Positions 28,270 to 42,039 of a DNA stretch of 64,000 nucleotides are shown piece by piece; the first letter of the stretch is position 1; each line of letters opens with the position of its first letter. Source of the stretch: Octopus sinensis (lineage: Eukaryota); contig NC_043017.1 of assembly GCF_006345805.1 (NCBI RefSeq), forward strand, positions 15,376,001 to 15,440,000, written 5' to 3'. The notes below the pieces were generated by a model, which saw only the letters and a list, made by a program, of their open reading frames with translations, was not told where the DNA came from and searched no databases. The translations under genes were made by a program, and so were the position numbers.

Positions 28270-28530
28270 CTTTTTTGTAAAGCCTGGTACTTATTCTGTC
28301 GGCCTCTAATGCTGAACCGCTAAGTTACGGGAATATAAAGACAACCACCGGAGGTCTTGGACAAACAGACATGCGGACACACACACACATTCAGTTTCCT
28401 TCTATCGATTCCATTCACAAGGCTTTGGTCGATCTAAGGCTACAGTAGATGATATTTGTCCAAGGTGCCACGCATTGGGATTGAACATGGAACCATGTGG
28501 TCGGGAAGCAAACTGCTTACCACACAGCCT
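28270..28530 (-). mobile_element. SINE family 2
   Basis: gaaccgctaagttacggg..cacaaggctttggtc..ccaaggtgccacgca..cttaccacacagcc. Confidence 0.85.
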
Positions 28531-29227
28531 CCATACAACAAACGTTATTTTCTTAACAATTTCATATTTTTTCTCTCCCTTTGCTCTGTTTGCTCGGAAT
28601 TTTAGGGAAATTTATTCTGCGATGTTTCTCGGGGCCGTTGCTCTCTCACTCATGACCAGCGATGTGCTGTGCCTACAGTTCAAACATAGAATCCAACGAC
28701 CACGTTCGCCAAAGGAAGGTTCCGCGTTCTAGTATAGTTCACTGTACTGTGTCCATGACCAAGGTACTTCACTGTCAACAGTCCATCGTGGTACCTACTT
28801 ACAGCCAGGCAGACTGTACTAAGGCTGGTGCATTTCTCTATAAATTTCTCACTGATTATTCATCAATACCTCGAGGTCTTCTCTCCCGATTTTTAATGAT
28901 TATTGACCAATTGATCAATACATGATTATTGATTATGTATCGGGGAAGAAGGGGTGATTAGAATAATCGATATAAGTTTCTTCGTGCGTCAATGCGCCAA
29001 AGTATACGTAATGTGTGTGTGTAATGATCTATGTGTGTGTATGGTCTATGTGTTTATGTGAGGTGCGTGTGTGTGCGCGCTTGCACGCATGCTTGACGTG
29101 TGTGTGTGTGTGCATTGTCTTTGTGTGTCTGTCATTTATGTATGTGCGCCGGTGTGGGCACACGCGTGTGTGTATATGTGTGTCTCCTAACAACAACAAC
29201 AACAACAACACTGTACGTCTATTAAAT

Positions 29228-29620
29228 CTTTTCTACTCTAGGCACAAGGCCCGAGATTTTGGAGGAGAGGCCAGTCGATTAGATCGACCCCAGTACGCAA
29301 CTGATACTTAATTTATCGACCCCGAAAGGATGAAAGGCGAATTCGACCTCGGCAGAATTTGAACTCAGAACGCAAGGACAGACGAAATACCTATTTCTTT
29401 ACTACCCACAAGGGGCTAAACACAGAAGGAACAAACAAGGACAGACAAACGAATTAAGTCGGTTATATCGACCCCAGTGCGTAACTGGTACTTAATTTAT
29501 CGACCCCGAAAGGATGAAAGGCAAAGTCGACCTCGGCGGAATTTGAACTCAGAACGTAGCGGCAGACGAAATACCGCTAAGCGTTTCGTCCGGTGTGCTA
29601 ACGTTTCGGCCAGCTCGTCG
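29228..29620 (-). mobile_element. Compound SINE family 1: tail-B copy (29392-29620) joined to a tail-A copy (29228-29391)
   Basis: Two cores atcgaccccgaaaggatgaaaggc with different 3' tails. Confidence 0.9.
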
Positions 29621-30694
29621 CTTTACTCTATTAATAACAACAAAACTCTCTAGTAACAAATTTTGCCCCATTCTGTGGATTCTGGCCAGACTGAGAATCT
29701 GTTGAAGAATTTCTCCAAGACCTCTCGGATGGAAGAGAACCAGAGAAAGGGGAGGAGGCGGGATAAATGTGAAGGAGGGTGAATATAGGGAGGAGGAGGT
29801 GGACCATGCGTCGAGGGAGGAGGTAATGAAGACCATTTAGGACAGAATGAGAAAGTCTTTGAGAATCTAATAACTTCTGTCATTCCAGGAATGGAAACAT
29901 GGTGGGAGGTGCGTGTTGATATATCTGTTTTCTGTGTGGGGGGTGTATATGTGTGTTTGTATATGTGTGTTTGTATATGTGTGTGTGTGTGTGTTTGTGC
30001 GTGTGTGTGTGCGCGTATTTGTGTATGTGTGAGTGCCAAGTTGCGTGTATGTCCGAGTCTGTGTGGTCTTTGTGTAAATGAGTTTGCGTATGAATTACGT
30101 GTGGAGTGGGTGGAAGGAGGAGGAGAGGGGGGACGATGATGGTCATGGTCATGATCATGAGGATCATGCTTACCATGATAAGCATCATGATGACGATGAT
30201 GATGATTATGCTAGGGCACAGCGTCCTGTTCACCAATGCAACAAATTACCATTCTATACACACACGCACACAAATACACACAAACATACACACCCATGCA
30301 CACACAAACACGCACACAGATGCGCGTGCGCACTGGTCAGTCAGCCACATATCAAGATGTCGTCCGGTTGGATCAAAACCTATAAAACATCTCTGGTTTT
30401 CTTCTAATTTATTAACCCTTGTCATGTCTCTCATTCCTGATTCGTCCGTTCAATCCATTTCCCCTCCTTCATTCATTCCCCCCAATCTCTCCCTCTCTTT
30501 CATATTCCTTCATTTAAACGCATTATTTCTTTTATTCCAACAGATTTCCATTTTTCTTGGAACATTGCATGGAAACTTCTTGTTAAACTAAAGATTTCCA
30601 CTGTTATTTCTTTCAATTTGTCGACATCTTGTATTATTATGAGTAGTAGTAGTAGTAGTTAGTAGTAGTAGTAGTGTGTGTTATTATTATTATT

Positions 30695-31110
30695 TTCTTT
30701 GCATGGCTTCTAACTGTACTACGGTGTCAGCTGTTCACAACCAGTGAACTAAGGTAACACCTCTTATTTTCCGGCCACTTTCCGGAGTATTCGAGCGATC
30801 CCAGGCAGTGCTGTTTTCTGCAAGTGCTCCACCCTTACTGCAGCCCCTATTTGCTCCATGTACTTCTCAAGATTTTTACTAACTGTTCCCAGGGCTCCGA
30901 CAATCATTGGTACTACTACCACCTTTTCCATCGACCACAACTGCTTAACCTCCCAAGCTAACCTGTCATATCTCTCGACTTTTCTTTCTTCCTTATCGCA
31001 TACCGTGTTGTCAACCGGGCATTCTATATCTATTATCCGGCATAGTTTGCTTTCTTTCTCAATTAATACTGTGTCCAGTTTCCTATTCTCTATCTCACGG
31101 TCGCACCAGC
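30695..31110 (-). mobile_element. R4/Dong-type RLE LINE 3' fragment (third subfamily)
   Basis: Minus frame CDREIENRKLDTVLIEKESKLCRIIDIECP..KVERYDRLAWEVKQLW..PMIVGALGTV..LQKTAL, with an (AAT)n tail. Confidence 0.85.
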
Positions 31111-31519
31111 TCGCTTCATGAACTTTTGCCTAGTATACTCTTTGATAACTTGTTTAGATTCACTATATTTTAAAAAAACTGCACGATGGGTCTGTTATTA
31201 ACCAATTTAGTAGAACTGATATTCCCTACATCTTAAAGTCAAGACATTCAAGCCGTTTTAATAATTAATAAAATAAAGAGAACCTTGATGACATTTTTGG
31301 ACAGGCGCTGATCACATATGTGATGTCTAGTAGAGAAATGAGACATAATCGACCATTTCTGTTCCATCTTGAGGCTCCAAGAGTCTCGGTGTCTCTTTTG
31401 TTTATACGCCATTTTGTAGCAATCTTCGTTGTTGGAAGTGGGGGTGCTGGTGTTGTTATTGTTGCTGGTAGTGGTGGTGGAGGTAGTGGCGGTGACGACT
31501 CCAGCGGCAACGGTGGTAA

Positions 31520-31718
31520 GGCGGCGGCGAGCTGGCAGAGTGGTAGCACGCCGGGCATTTCGTCCGTCTTTACGTTCTGAGTTCAAATTCCGAGAGGACG
31601 ACTTTGCCTTTTATCCTTTCAGGATCGATAAATTAAGTACCAGTTACGTACTGGGATCGCTCTAATCGACCAGTGCCTTTCCGCAAAATTTCAGGCCTTG
31701 TGCCTAGAGTAGAAAGGA
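31520..31718 (+). mobile_element. SINE family 1, full length, tail A
   Basis: ggcggcgagctggcagag..gagttcaaattcc..gatcgataaattaagtaccag..ggccttgtgcctagagtagaaag. Confidence 0.9.
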
Positions 31719-32122
31719 TTAATATTATTAGTAATTTTCATGTTACTATTGTTGTTGTCGCTGATGTTGTAGTTGTTGTTGTTATTGTTGTTGCTATTGG
31801 TGGTGGTGGTGATGTTTTTGTTGTCGCTAATGCTAATGTGTTTGTTATTGACACAGTTGTTGTTCATCTCGTGGTTATTGTCTTCGCCGTTGTTGTTGTT
31901 GTTGATGATGATGACGGTTCTTGTTATTGTTAATCCCTCAACCACCAACACATAACTCCCCACCCCCATCACCCCACCCCACCAACTAATTATCAACAAT
32001 CCTCTCAAACACACAAACATTTCTAAATCCATTTTGTATCACAATTATAGTTTCGCAAAGTGGACAATTTTTCTTATCTACCACCACCACTACTACTACC
32101 ATCAATAATAATAATAATAATA

Positions 32123-32205
<83 letters not shown>

Positions 32206-32365
32206 AATAATAATAATAACATCGTCAGTATTGTCAAAGTAATGCCAAATGCCCAATTAATTATATAAGATATTTTATAAGCTGTCTTCCACTCTTCACT
32301 CTCTCTTCTTCTCTCTTCCCTACACACACACCCACACACAGCGACAGACAGACAGACGGACAGAC

Positions 32366-32434
<69 letters not shown>

Positions 32435-34904
32435 TGGGTATAAATACATGCATGTATGTGATTGTATATATATATATATAATATATATATATATATATGT
32501 ATGTATGTATATCTATAAATATATTATGTGTGTGTGTGTGTGTGTGTTCCCTCTCGTCTTCTAATTTCGCTCGTCTCTCCCTCCACCTCCATCCTCTGCT
32601 ATCTCCCCACCCCCTCCACCTCTGCAAATATTGCAACCAAAACATGTTTTGCTGTCATTTAAAGAAATTTCCTGCGGAAAACGGCCAAATTCCATTAATT
32701 GCTTCACAAACACACAAACACCGGAAACGATCATTATTATTACCGTCGTCGTCGTCGTCATCATTATCATCATCATCACCATCACCACCGCCATCATCTT
32801 CATATCATCATCATCATTATCATCATCACTGTGCTTCCAACAGTTTCTGCTGCATCAGCAGGTGCACAAGCGCCATCTTGTGTTGCACCGTTATCCGCTG
32901 ACGATGAGCAACTGTAGATTCCTTTCAGGTTGTTGTGATAAGGTTTTGCTCGATAGATAAAGCGATTTCGGAGAAAGGAAACCAGCGGCACACGGAGACA
33001 GGTTCGGCAGGGAAATGGTGGAGCGAATTAGGGAAAGAGTACTGCAGAGGAAGACTTGGAAAAGCTGAGTAAGGATGGCCATTTTCTCTCTGTAGCCGAT
33101 CAACAGCCATGATTTGGATGACAGGCATAAAAGAGAAAGGCAGAAGATCACTTGGTGGTGGGCATTTGGAGATCCTCTGCAGACATTACCAGAAATGGAT
33201 ATGAAAGAGTAGCAGCCGACCGAACCTGGGGGAGAAAGTTTACCGCTCAATGCAATGAGCTGCGTAAAAGGGTCTAAAACTGAAAGAAAGCACAGAGGAG
33301 TTAGACTAATGACAAATAGGGGAGTGAACCCTAAAATTAGAATTAAGGTAGGGCCTACAACTACATTTGCCGTCCTAGTTATAAACTACAGTTTGAAAAT
33401 ACTAAACTGGTTGTTCAGTGAAATGAAGTGCATAGACAAAAACAAAGCAGATAACTAGAGTTTCAAAGCCACTAAGTGAAAGCTTATATAGATAGAATAT
33501 ACCCGCCCTACACACACGAAGAGGTAGGGACATGCTACAAATAGGAAACTAGTACAAAAGAAGCATTAGCAAACATTAAAAAGTCGGCAAAAGAAAACTG
33601 ATTAACGTTGTAAGAAAACGTAAAGGAAAAAACTTTTTTTATGTTTAAGAAGGAAAATAGACATCAAAAGTTAATTACTCTAAAATAATTGATTTTATAT
33701 TAAAACAACAAAGCTTTTTGTTTTGTTTTTATTTTTTCAAAGAGTCAGAAGGCAAAATGCGGCATAATCAATTATATTCTTAAAGTGATTCCAACCATGA
33801 CCTTTGGGCGTATTACACATCTAAAACAGCATTATGCAAAGAGATCCTTCCTTGTGGGGGGGAGATTAGTATTAGTTGGTTTGAAGGATGTGTTGTTGCT
33901 GTTTTTGTTTAACCCCAATTCAGCTCTCATCCAACATTCTTGTGACCACAAACATCCCCACCGTGACCACCACGGTTGTCTTTTGCTTTTTCGGGAACTG
34001 AATTCTATAAACCAATAAGTCCTTCCTTTATGTCTGAGAGAAGACTGTAATTTGGGGAGATTTTGCTACTATTTCTAGTAAGTTGAACGACACCGTACCA
34101 GCTCCCAACATAAAGGTTTATATAGTATCCAGTGGTGATTGTGTAAAGTATAGGCTGTAGTATTTAGTGGTGATTGTGTAGAATTTGCTCTGCGAGTTCA
34201 TGTTATTCATCATTTTCTAAATTCTTTATTTTATTCAAAAAAAAAGGATAACCAAAATTATCATTTTCACAGAAGAGAAGAATTGTAAATTACAAGAATT
34301 GGATTAAATTCATTTTATATTTTTCTTGCTGATGTTGGTATTTTGTTGTTATTGTTGTTGTTGATGTTGTTGCTGTTTTCGTTGTTGAGATGCATTGTAA
34401 AAGTGAAAGTAACAACAACAATAACAACAATAACAACAAAAAATTGCATCTTTGAACGAAGGTGTCAATCGAGTCACATGACATGTGAAAGTTAGATAAT
34501 GGAAAAAAGCTGTTCTGTTCCTTGAATTTCATGAATGTCTTGTGTCATCACAGACAGGTAATTAAAATATATGCAAATGCAAATTTACTTGTAGAATTCT
34601 TCGGTGGAAAAAAGAAGTAGCAACACATAATGTATGTAAGAAATTCACGCGAAAGCCATTTACTGCTTAAAACAGCGACTGGAATATATTATCACAGATA
34701 TTCTTTAGGGTTTGCTAACAATGAGAAGCTTTCAAACATGTTAATATATTTTAATGCAGAGAACATCAGAACTGCAACAACCAACTCTCACTTGTATGAC
34801 ATCTTCTATTTTAATTATTTCAAGTCTTTCCAGCGAGAAAGAAGCTGCTTCCTAACACACATACAAAGCTCCATTGCAAGTGTGTAGATAGCAAAAACAA
34901 AGTT

Positions 34905-35750
34905 ACATTTTGAACTTCAGAAAACTCTTGCATAGTTTTACTGTTCCACTTATAAATTATATTTGAAATGCGCGAGTTAGTTGGTTGATTTCTTTTTCTG
35001 AAAGCCCTAGCTTATCCAGATTGTCACTTAGGCCGGTTATTATCGGTATAAATGGGAATTTACAACTTGGGTAGAGAAGCTGAAGGTTTCGAAACCGTTG
35101 TCCATAGTTAACCTTTTTCTCTTTGATTTTCAAAGATATTCACATCATCAGCAGGGTGGTTGACCCCTATAACAGTACATACTTTATTTTTTTGTCTGTC
35201 TCAAACAACGATATTCGATCTGTTATGTTTGCGCTTGACAGATGTTTTGAAGGGAATGTTCCACCAATATTCCTTGCATTGATGATTAAGTCTGTGTTTA
35301 AAGACGGATTCTCTGTAAGCATTTCAGGACAGTTTTTTTTAATCTTTTCGGGCTGCATTGTATAATTGTTTTAGCGACATCCTTGATTATGTCATATTTC
35401 TGTGGAAGACATCAGACATGTGATTAACATAATCAACATTTTCGGTTGCATCTTCGGGCTCCAAGCGCTTCACTGTCGCTTTTGCTATTTAGGTATTCCG
35501 GTGCAATCAACTGTTCTCCAATTGAAATTGCACAACCATTGAAGTGTAATGTGACGGAGCACTTCAATATTACTGTCTTCTTCAAGTTTTCGGGAAGCAT
35601 ACCCACATTTTGTTTTTTGCTTGGTAAACTGAGCGTTTCACATCCAGGTTTCTTTTAGGTCTGTTAGTCGACCTGTTTTAGGGTTGCAGAAGGGAGTGCT
35701 CCTTGAGAATCAAACTGCCAGCTCCCAGGATATTGTTCTCTTCGCTTTTC
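34905..35750 (-). mobile_element. Highly degenerate RLE-type (R4/NeSL-like) LINE C-terminus
   Basis: Minus frames give DRISLFETDKKIKYVLL..SLKIKEKKVNY..RNLQLLYPSCKF.FIPII..FISGTVKLCKSFLKF, resembling the RLE domain. Confidence 0.55.
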
Positions 35751-36079
35751 TGCACGAAGACGTTTATATATTTATTTTTGCTGCTGCTTTTGTGTAGAAA
35801 GTGCTGCCTAAGAGAGACTATAAGACATTGAAAGGTTGACTGCATTGGTCTCAAGTCCCAGCTTCCATCGCCTCGTCGTTATCACCGTTTCTGAGGAGGT
35901 TTCCTGATGATGTCAGGGTCTTGTCGGTCTTAACATCTACGGATCGGATTTCCTCTATAGACCAGGCAAGTCTCCTAAATGGTGGCTCTAGGAGTGGGGG
36001 GGGGGATTCTCCATGTTCAACAATCAAATATAAAGATTTCTTTTGGCCAAATTCCATTCCTGTCTTTTATCCTTTATTT

Positions 36080-36270
36080 GTTTCATTTATTAGACCGCGG
36101 CCATGTTGGAGCACAGCCGTGAAGAGTTTTGGTCGAAGGCATCGAGCTCGGTGCTTATTTTTTCAAGTCTGGTACTTATTCCATCGGACTCTTTTGCCGA
36201 GCCAAGTTACAGAGGACGTAAGCACACCAAGACCGGTTGTCAAGCAGTGGGGAGATTGACACAAGCATAC
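36080..36270 (-). mobile_element. SINE family 2, 3' part
   Basis: gcggccatgttggagcac..tggtacttattcc..ttttgccgagccaagttac..ccggttgtcaagc. Confidence 0.75.
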
Positions 36271-36348
36271 CCACACATACATACACACACACACACATAT
36301 ACACATATATATATAGATAGATAGATAGACATATATATATATTCACAT

Positions 36349-36384
<36 letters not shown>

Positions 36385-36397
<13 letters not shown>

Positions 36398-37542
36398 CAT
36401 ATACACACACATATGTATATATATATATGTATATATACATACTAGCAGTATCACCCGGTGTTGTTTGGGTTTGTTTCGACCCTTTAAAATTGGAATTATT
36501 GAAAAGTCAAAAATTTGCATTATGCAACTTGTTATTCTCTTCAAGTGAACATTTTTCCAGTTGAAATACGCTGAAAAATGGTGACACAGCAGTCAAAAAT
36601 CGTAAAAAATAGGGATTTTCATAGAAAAAAAGCACCTTTTTATGTAAATACTTTTTGGTGTTAACATGGTCCGATTGCTCGGTAGCACTGCCAGGCAGGG
36701 ATCTACAGCATGAAGAGCAAGCCTTCTTCTATCATACTCTCAATTTTGGTCAACTTGCGCTGCAGGGTCTCGAAGGAGATAAGGTTAGTTGAAGGCTACC
36801 AAACCTGCCACACAACTTCAGCTTTATATACATATAGATTTGCTACACACTACTGTCCATCCTTAATAATGGAACTTGGTAGATCCAAAAGTTAAACACA
36901 CAAACACACACACAGACACACAAGTTGAGTTTTATATATATAGATTCCTCAACGGGGATTTCAGGGGAGAGTTTCAGGGAGTCGCTGGTGATGCACCGTG
37001 ATGATCAAAAATCCGGCCAGCTAAAATTTGGTTAAAGTGATTCAAACTGCAAACTCAACGCAAAATGGTCACATTTAATTCAAAGCGTTAAAAATATTAT
37101 GAAAACAATTGGTATGTGTTCACAAAGTCCAAAGTCCTCCAGGCTACATCCCGAAAATTCATTTCTTTGCCGAATTTCTACAATGTTTACGGCGATTCGT
37201 TTTTATATCTTGATTTATTATTTTTCATATACTTTACGCATGCTTGCACGCGTGGTGAACACAGATCACGTCAAACAGCTAACTGAGTAAAGTTCACTAT
37301 TCAATGCATGGGATAAGGCCTAAACAAACACATTATCGATTTTTGCACTTGCGAGATGAATTTCGGAACAGAAATAGCGCAGTTCAATTTTCATTCGCCT
37401 AAACTTTAAGTGACCCATTTTTGTGGTTCTACGATTTGCTGGCTAGGAGGAGATGTGCCGGGAAGTTAAACACACAGACACACACTCAGATACACACACA
37501 GACACAGAAGTTGAGTTTTATATATAGAGATATGCATATATA

Positions 37543-37588
<46 letters not shown>

Positions 37589-38732
37589 CATATACACACA
37601 CATATGTATATATATATGTATATATACATACTAGCAGTATCACCCGGTGTTGTTTGGGTTTGTTTCGACCCTTTAAAATTGGAATTATTGAAAAGTCAAA
37701 AATTTGCATTATGCAACTTGTTATTCTCTTCAAGTGAACATTTTTCCAGTTGAAATACGCTGAAAAATGGTGACACAGCAGTCAAAAATCGTAAAAAATA
37801 GGGATTTTCATAGAAAAAAAGCACCTTTTTATGTAAATACTTTTTGGTGTTAACATGGTCCGATTGCTCGGTAGCACTGCCAGGCCAGGGATCTACAGCA
37901 TGAAGAGCAAGCCTTCTTCTATCATACTCTCAATTTTGGTCAACTTGCGCTGCAGGGTCTCGAAGGAGATAAGGTTAGTTGAAGGCTACCAAACCTGCCA
38001 CACAACTTCAGCTTTATATACATATAGATTTGCTACACACTACTGTCCATCCTTAATAATGGAACTTGGTAGATCCAAAAGTTAAACACACAAACACACA
38101 CACAGACACACAAGTTGAGTTTTATATATATAGATTCCTCAACGGGGATTTCAGGGGAGAGTTTCAGGGAGTCGCTGGTGATGCACCGTGATGATCAAAA
38201 ATCCGGCCAGCTAAAATTTGGTTAAAGTGATTCAAACTGCAAACTCAACGCAAAATGGTCACATTTAATTCAAAGCGTTAAAAATATTATGAAAACAATT
38301 GGTATGTGTTCACAAAGTCCAAAGTCCTCCAGGCTACATCCCGAAAATTCATTTCTTTGCCGAATTTCTACAATGTTTACGGCGATTCGTTTTTATATCT
38401 TGATTTATTATTTTTCATATAATTTACGCATGCTTGCACGCGTGGTGAACACAGATCACGTCAAACAGCTAACTGAGTAAAGTTCACTATTCAATGCATG
38501 GGATAAGGCCTAAACAAACACATTATCGATTTTTGCACTTGCGAGATGAATTTCGGAACAGAAATAGCGCAGTTCAATTTTCATTCGCCTAAACTTTAAG
38601 TGACCCATTTTTGTGGTTCTACGATTTGCTGGCTAGGAGGAGATGTGCCGGGAAGTTAAACACACAGACACACACTCAGATACACACACAGACACAGAAG
38701 TTGAGTTTTATATATAGAGATATGCATATATA

Positions 38733-38790
<58 letters not shown>

Positions 38791-38792
38791 CA
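36385..38792. repeat. Tandem duplication of a ~1190 bp unit (copies at ~36385-37574 and ~37575-38792)
   Basis: actagcagtatcacccgg occurs at 36441 and 37630. Outside the microsatellites I saw only one indel and one substitution by eye. Confidence 0.97.
36440..37531. mobile_element. Helitron/Helentron-like non-autonomous element (second copy 37629-38721)
   Basis: Starts tactagcagtatcacccgg. Has two stacked ends of the form aagttaaacacac..aagttgagttttatatatatagat (36890-36945 and 37463-37531). Confidence 0.55.
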
Positions 38793-38863
38793 TAAACATA
38801 CGCACATATATATATATATAATATGTATGTATATATGCATATGTATATGTATGTATATATATG

Positions 38864-38907
<44 letters not shown>

Positions 38908-39384
38908 GATTACTTTTTTGTCAAGGTAAAATCACCAAAAGAAACAGAACTGCATCTGGTGAGAGATAAATATCGTTTAGTGTACAGAAGTGCGTAGCTA
39001 TAAGTTGTTAACAGTTTCATACATTAGAGACGTGGTCTACGCAAGTCTTTATAATGCGCCTAATGCTTCCAAGTAATCTTCAGGCTCTGATTACTTGGAG
39101 ACACTAGGCGTGTTGTAAAAACCTGCCGAGACCATGTCCCATATCTCTAATGAATTAAACTATTAGCAATATACACATAGTGTGTACATTAAACGATGTT
39201 TATCTCTCACCAAATAGAGAACATATATATGTTTTTTGTGGGGGCTTCTCTCAGTTTCCGTCCACCAAATCGACTTACAAAGCTTCCAACTATGTGGTTT
39301 GGAAACAAACTTGTTACCACACAGCCACGCCTGCGCCTAAGTTAGTTGAAAACGCGGTTATTAACTCCAGCTTATTTTGGGAAG

Positions 39385-39450
39385 TGTAAACACTTTTAGC
39401 AAAGATCTTCAGGTCATCCGCAAAGAAATTATAGGTTACGTTGGTAACTC
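39385..39450 (-). mobile_element. Tiny LINE RT scrap
   Basis: Minus frame VTNVTYNFFADDLKIFAK contains the catalytic FADD motif. Confidence 0.5.
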
Positions 39451-39707
39451 TAACATTTGCAGAGCCTAGCATGAAGCCATTTGATTTTTATAGCAGAAAT
39501 AATGGGGAATTTAAAGCCAAAATAAACAGAACGACAGAATATTCTCTTCGAAATATTTGTTGCATCAAAAACGATCGTTCGGTATTCAGTTATAAATGTG
39601 GGGAATGTTGAGGTCTCTGTGAGCCATTCATTGTCAACAACAAAGGTAGCAGGTACCTTTTCCAAGTGTAGAGACATCAGCAACCATGATTGGGGAATAT
39701 ATACTAC

Positions 39708-39791
39708 CTCTGATACTACTGATAGGTGATACTCTGATACTCTGATACTACTGATACTCTGATACTACTGATACTCTGATACTACTGATAG
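39708..39791. repeat. Short 8/9 bp tandem repeat (ctgatact / ctgatacta)
   Basis: Directly visible. Confidence 0.85.
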
Positions 39792-40106
39792 GTGGCAAAC
39801 AAGATAACTCAGGCAATATTTTTCAACACAGTATACTAGCACACTACACTGGCCTGCCGATGGTAACATATTTCTCCGAACCCTTCGATTATTTTCATTC
39901 CTCTATTTGAAAAGGAGTATTATTCCCGAAATATTATAAGATTATAAAACAACCCAAATAAGGTAATACAACGGTTTACGTCTTTTCTTTCACTCATTGA
40001 CATCGCCTTACATTTTTTGCTTCGTTACCCATCCGTATTACTCGAAAATTTTGCTTCGTTTACACATATTGCACTGCTTCAAACAAATTATAGTACACTT
40101 ATATAC

Positions 40107-40293
40107 GGCCGTAGGAGTGGCTGTGTGGTAAGTAGCTTGCTTACCAGCCACATGGTTCTGGGTTCAGTCCCCCTGCGTGGAACCTTGGGCAAAGTGTCTT
40201 CTACTACAGCTTCGGGCCAACCAAAGCCTTGTGAGTAGATTTGGTAGACGGAAACTGAAAGAAGCCCGTCGTATACATGCATATATATGTATG

Positions 40294-40329
<36 letters not shown>

Positions 40330-40552
40330 TGTATGTATGTATGTATGTATGTATGTGTGTGTTTGTGTGTCTGTGTTTGTCCCCCAACATCGATTTATAA
40401 CCGATGCTGGTGTGTTTACGTCCCCGTAACTTAGCGATAGAATAAGTACTAGGCTTATAAAGAATAAGTCCTGGAGTTGATTTGCTCGACTAAAGGCGGT
40501 GCTCCAGCATGGCCACAGTCAAATGACTGAAACAAGTAAAAGAGTAAAGAGT
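40107..40552 (+). mobile_element. tRNA-derived SINE family 2, full length with internal (TATG)n
   Basis: A-box-like tggctgtgtgg, B-box-like ggttcagtcc, and tail ggcggtgctccagcatggccacagtc. Near-identical to 61655-62072. Confidence 0.92.
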
Positions 40553-40624
40553 ATACATATATGTATGTGTGTGTGTGCGCACGTGTATATATATAAATAT
40601 AAATATATAAATATAAATATATAA

Positions 40625-40669
<45 letters not shown>

Positions 40670-40857
40670 TATACATGCATATAATATCGATAAATGGAGG
40701 TTGTGAGTGGTAATGGTGTTAGTAAGACCCAAAGTTGGCAGGTAATGCTGTGAGTAAGTGCTATGGATGGACCATAGTTAAGCTCCAGTTCGGTGATTAT
40801 ACGAATAAAGAGTCCGACGTAGGTCATATATCAGCGTGTGTATATATGGATATATAT

Positions 40858-40972
40858 TTTTCAGAATGAGATAAAAAACCAAGTGAAGATTTTAAAATAT
40901 TTATAAATAGAAGGTCTTACAGCTAATGTTTTAAAATCTTTACAGCCTTGGTTTTTTATCTCATTCTGAAAA
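40858..40972. repeat. Fold-back with perfect 26 bp outer arms
   Basis: ttttcagaatgagataaaaaaccaag (40858-40883) and its exact reverse complement (40947-40972), plus a 16 bp inner stem. Confidence 0.95.
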
Positions 40973-41442
40973 CATTTTTTTACATATATATATATATGTT
41001 TATATATATATTTATACACACACACAGACACACACACACACAAACAAACACACACGCGCACACACACACGCACACACACACACACGCACACACTCACACA
41101 CACACACACTTACACACGCTTACATATGTGTTTATGTGCGTCTGTTGCTATAACATTAACATTATCAAACAGTAAACTTCTAAACGAAATTTATCGAACA
41201 GTCGGCTCAGGTGTCTGTTCAATGAACGATCGTCACAAACACGCACGCGCACACAATGTCAAATACATGAATGCATACATACACATATAAATATGCGCAT
41301 ACAAATATATCCGTATGTGTGTATGTATTGATATACATACACACATACGTAGTGTACGTGTATATATACACACATGTTCACGTGTATGTATACGCCGACA
41401 TCACAGAGATGCATATATTCATAAACGTGTATGTATTATATT

Positions 41443-41497
<55 letters not shown>

Positions 41498-41557
41498 GGG
41501 GGGAGGGAGGGAGGGATGGAGAGAAATAGAGAAAAAGAATGTGACAAACGGGTAGAC

Positions 41558-41662
<105 letters not shown>

Positions 41663-42039
41663 TGTTTCTTTATTAGCCACACAGGGCTGCACACATACGG
41701 GACAAATTACAAGGTAGAACTTTTCTTTTTGGGGGGAAAAAAGTGGGGTAGGTTTTCGATCAAAAGGGATCGTAAAAAGGAAAGAAGAAAGAAAAGAAAA
41801 AAGAAGAAAGAAGAAAAAAGGAAAAAAGGGGAAAAAACGATCAATAGGGATCGTGTATCACAGTGTCATGATGTAGGGAGTAAAGGGGGAAGCAGATAAG
41901 ATTTATCCGTGGGAAGAAAAGCCTACGGAAAAGACCACGGTAACCTCGATCAATATTTTCACATGTTACCACATTTGTTTACAAGTGGGTAACCTTCTGT
42001 TTTCAATTTCCGGGTTCATAGGATTATGCTCAAGGTGGC

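Noticed and set aside
39005-39090. CTGAAGA...GAAAC motif on the minus strand
   Set aside because: Stem II does not close next to the core and no convincing stem I is present.
40107-40180. tRNA genes at SINE heads
   Set aside because: Only A/B-box-like motifs are present, with no cloverleaf, and the sequence continues into the SINE body.
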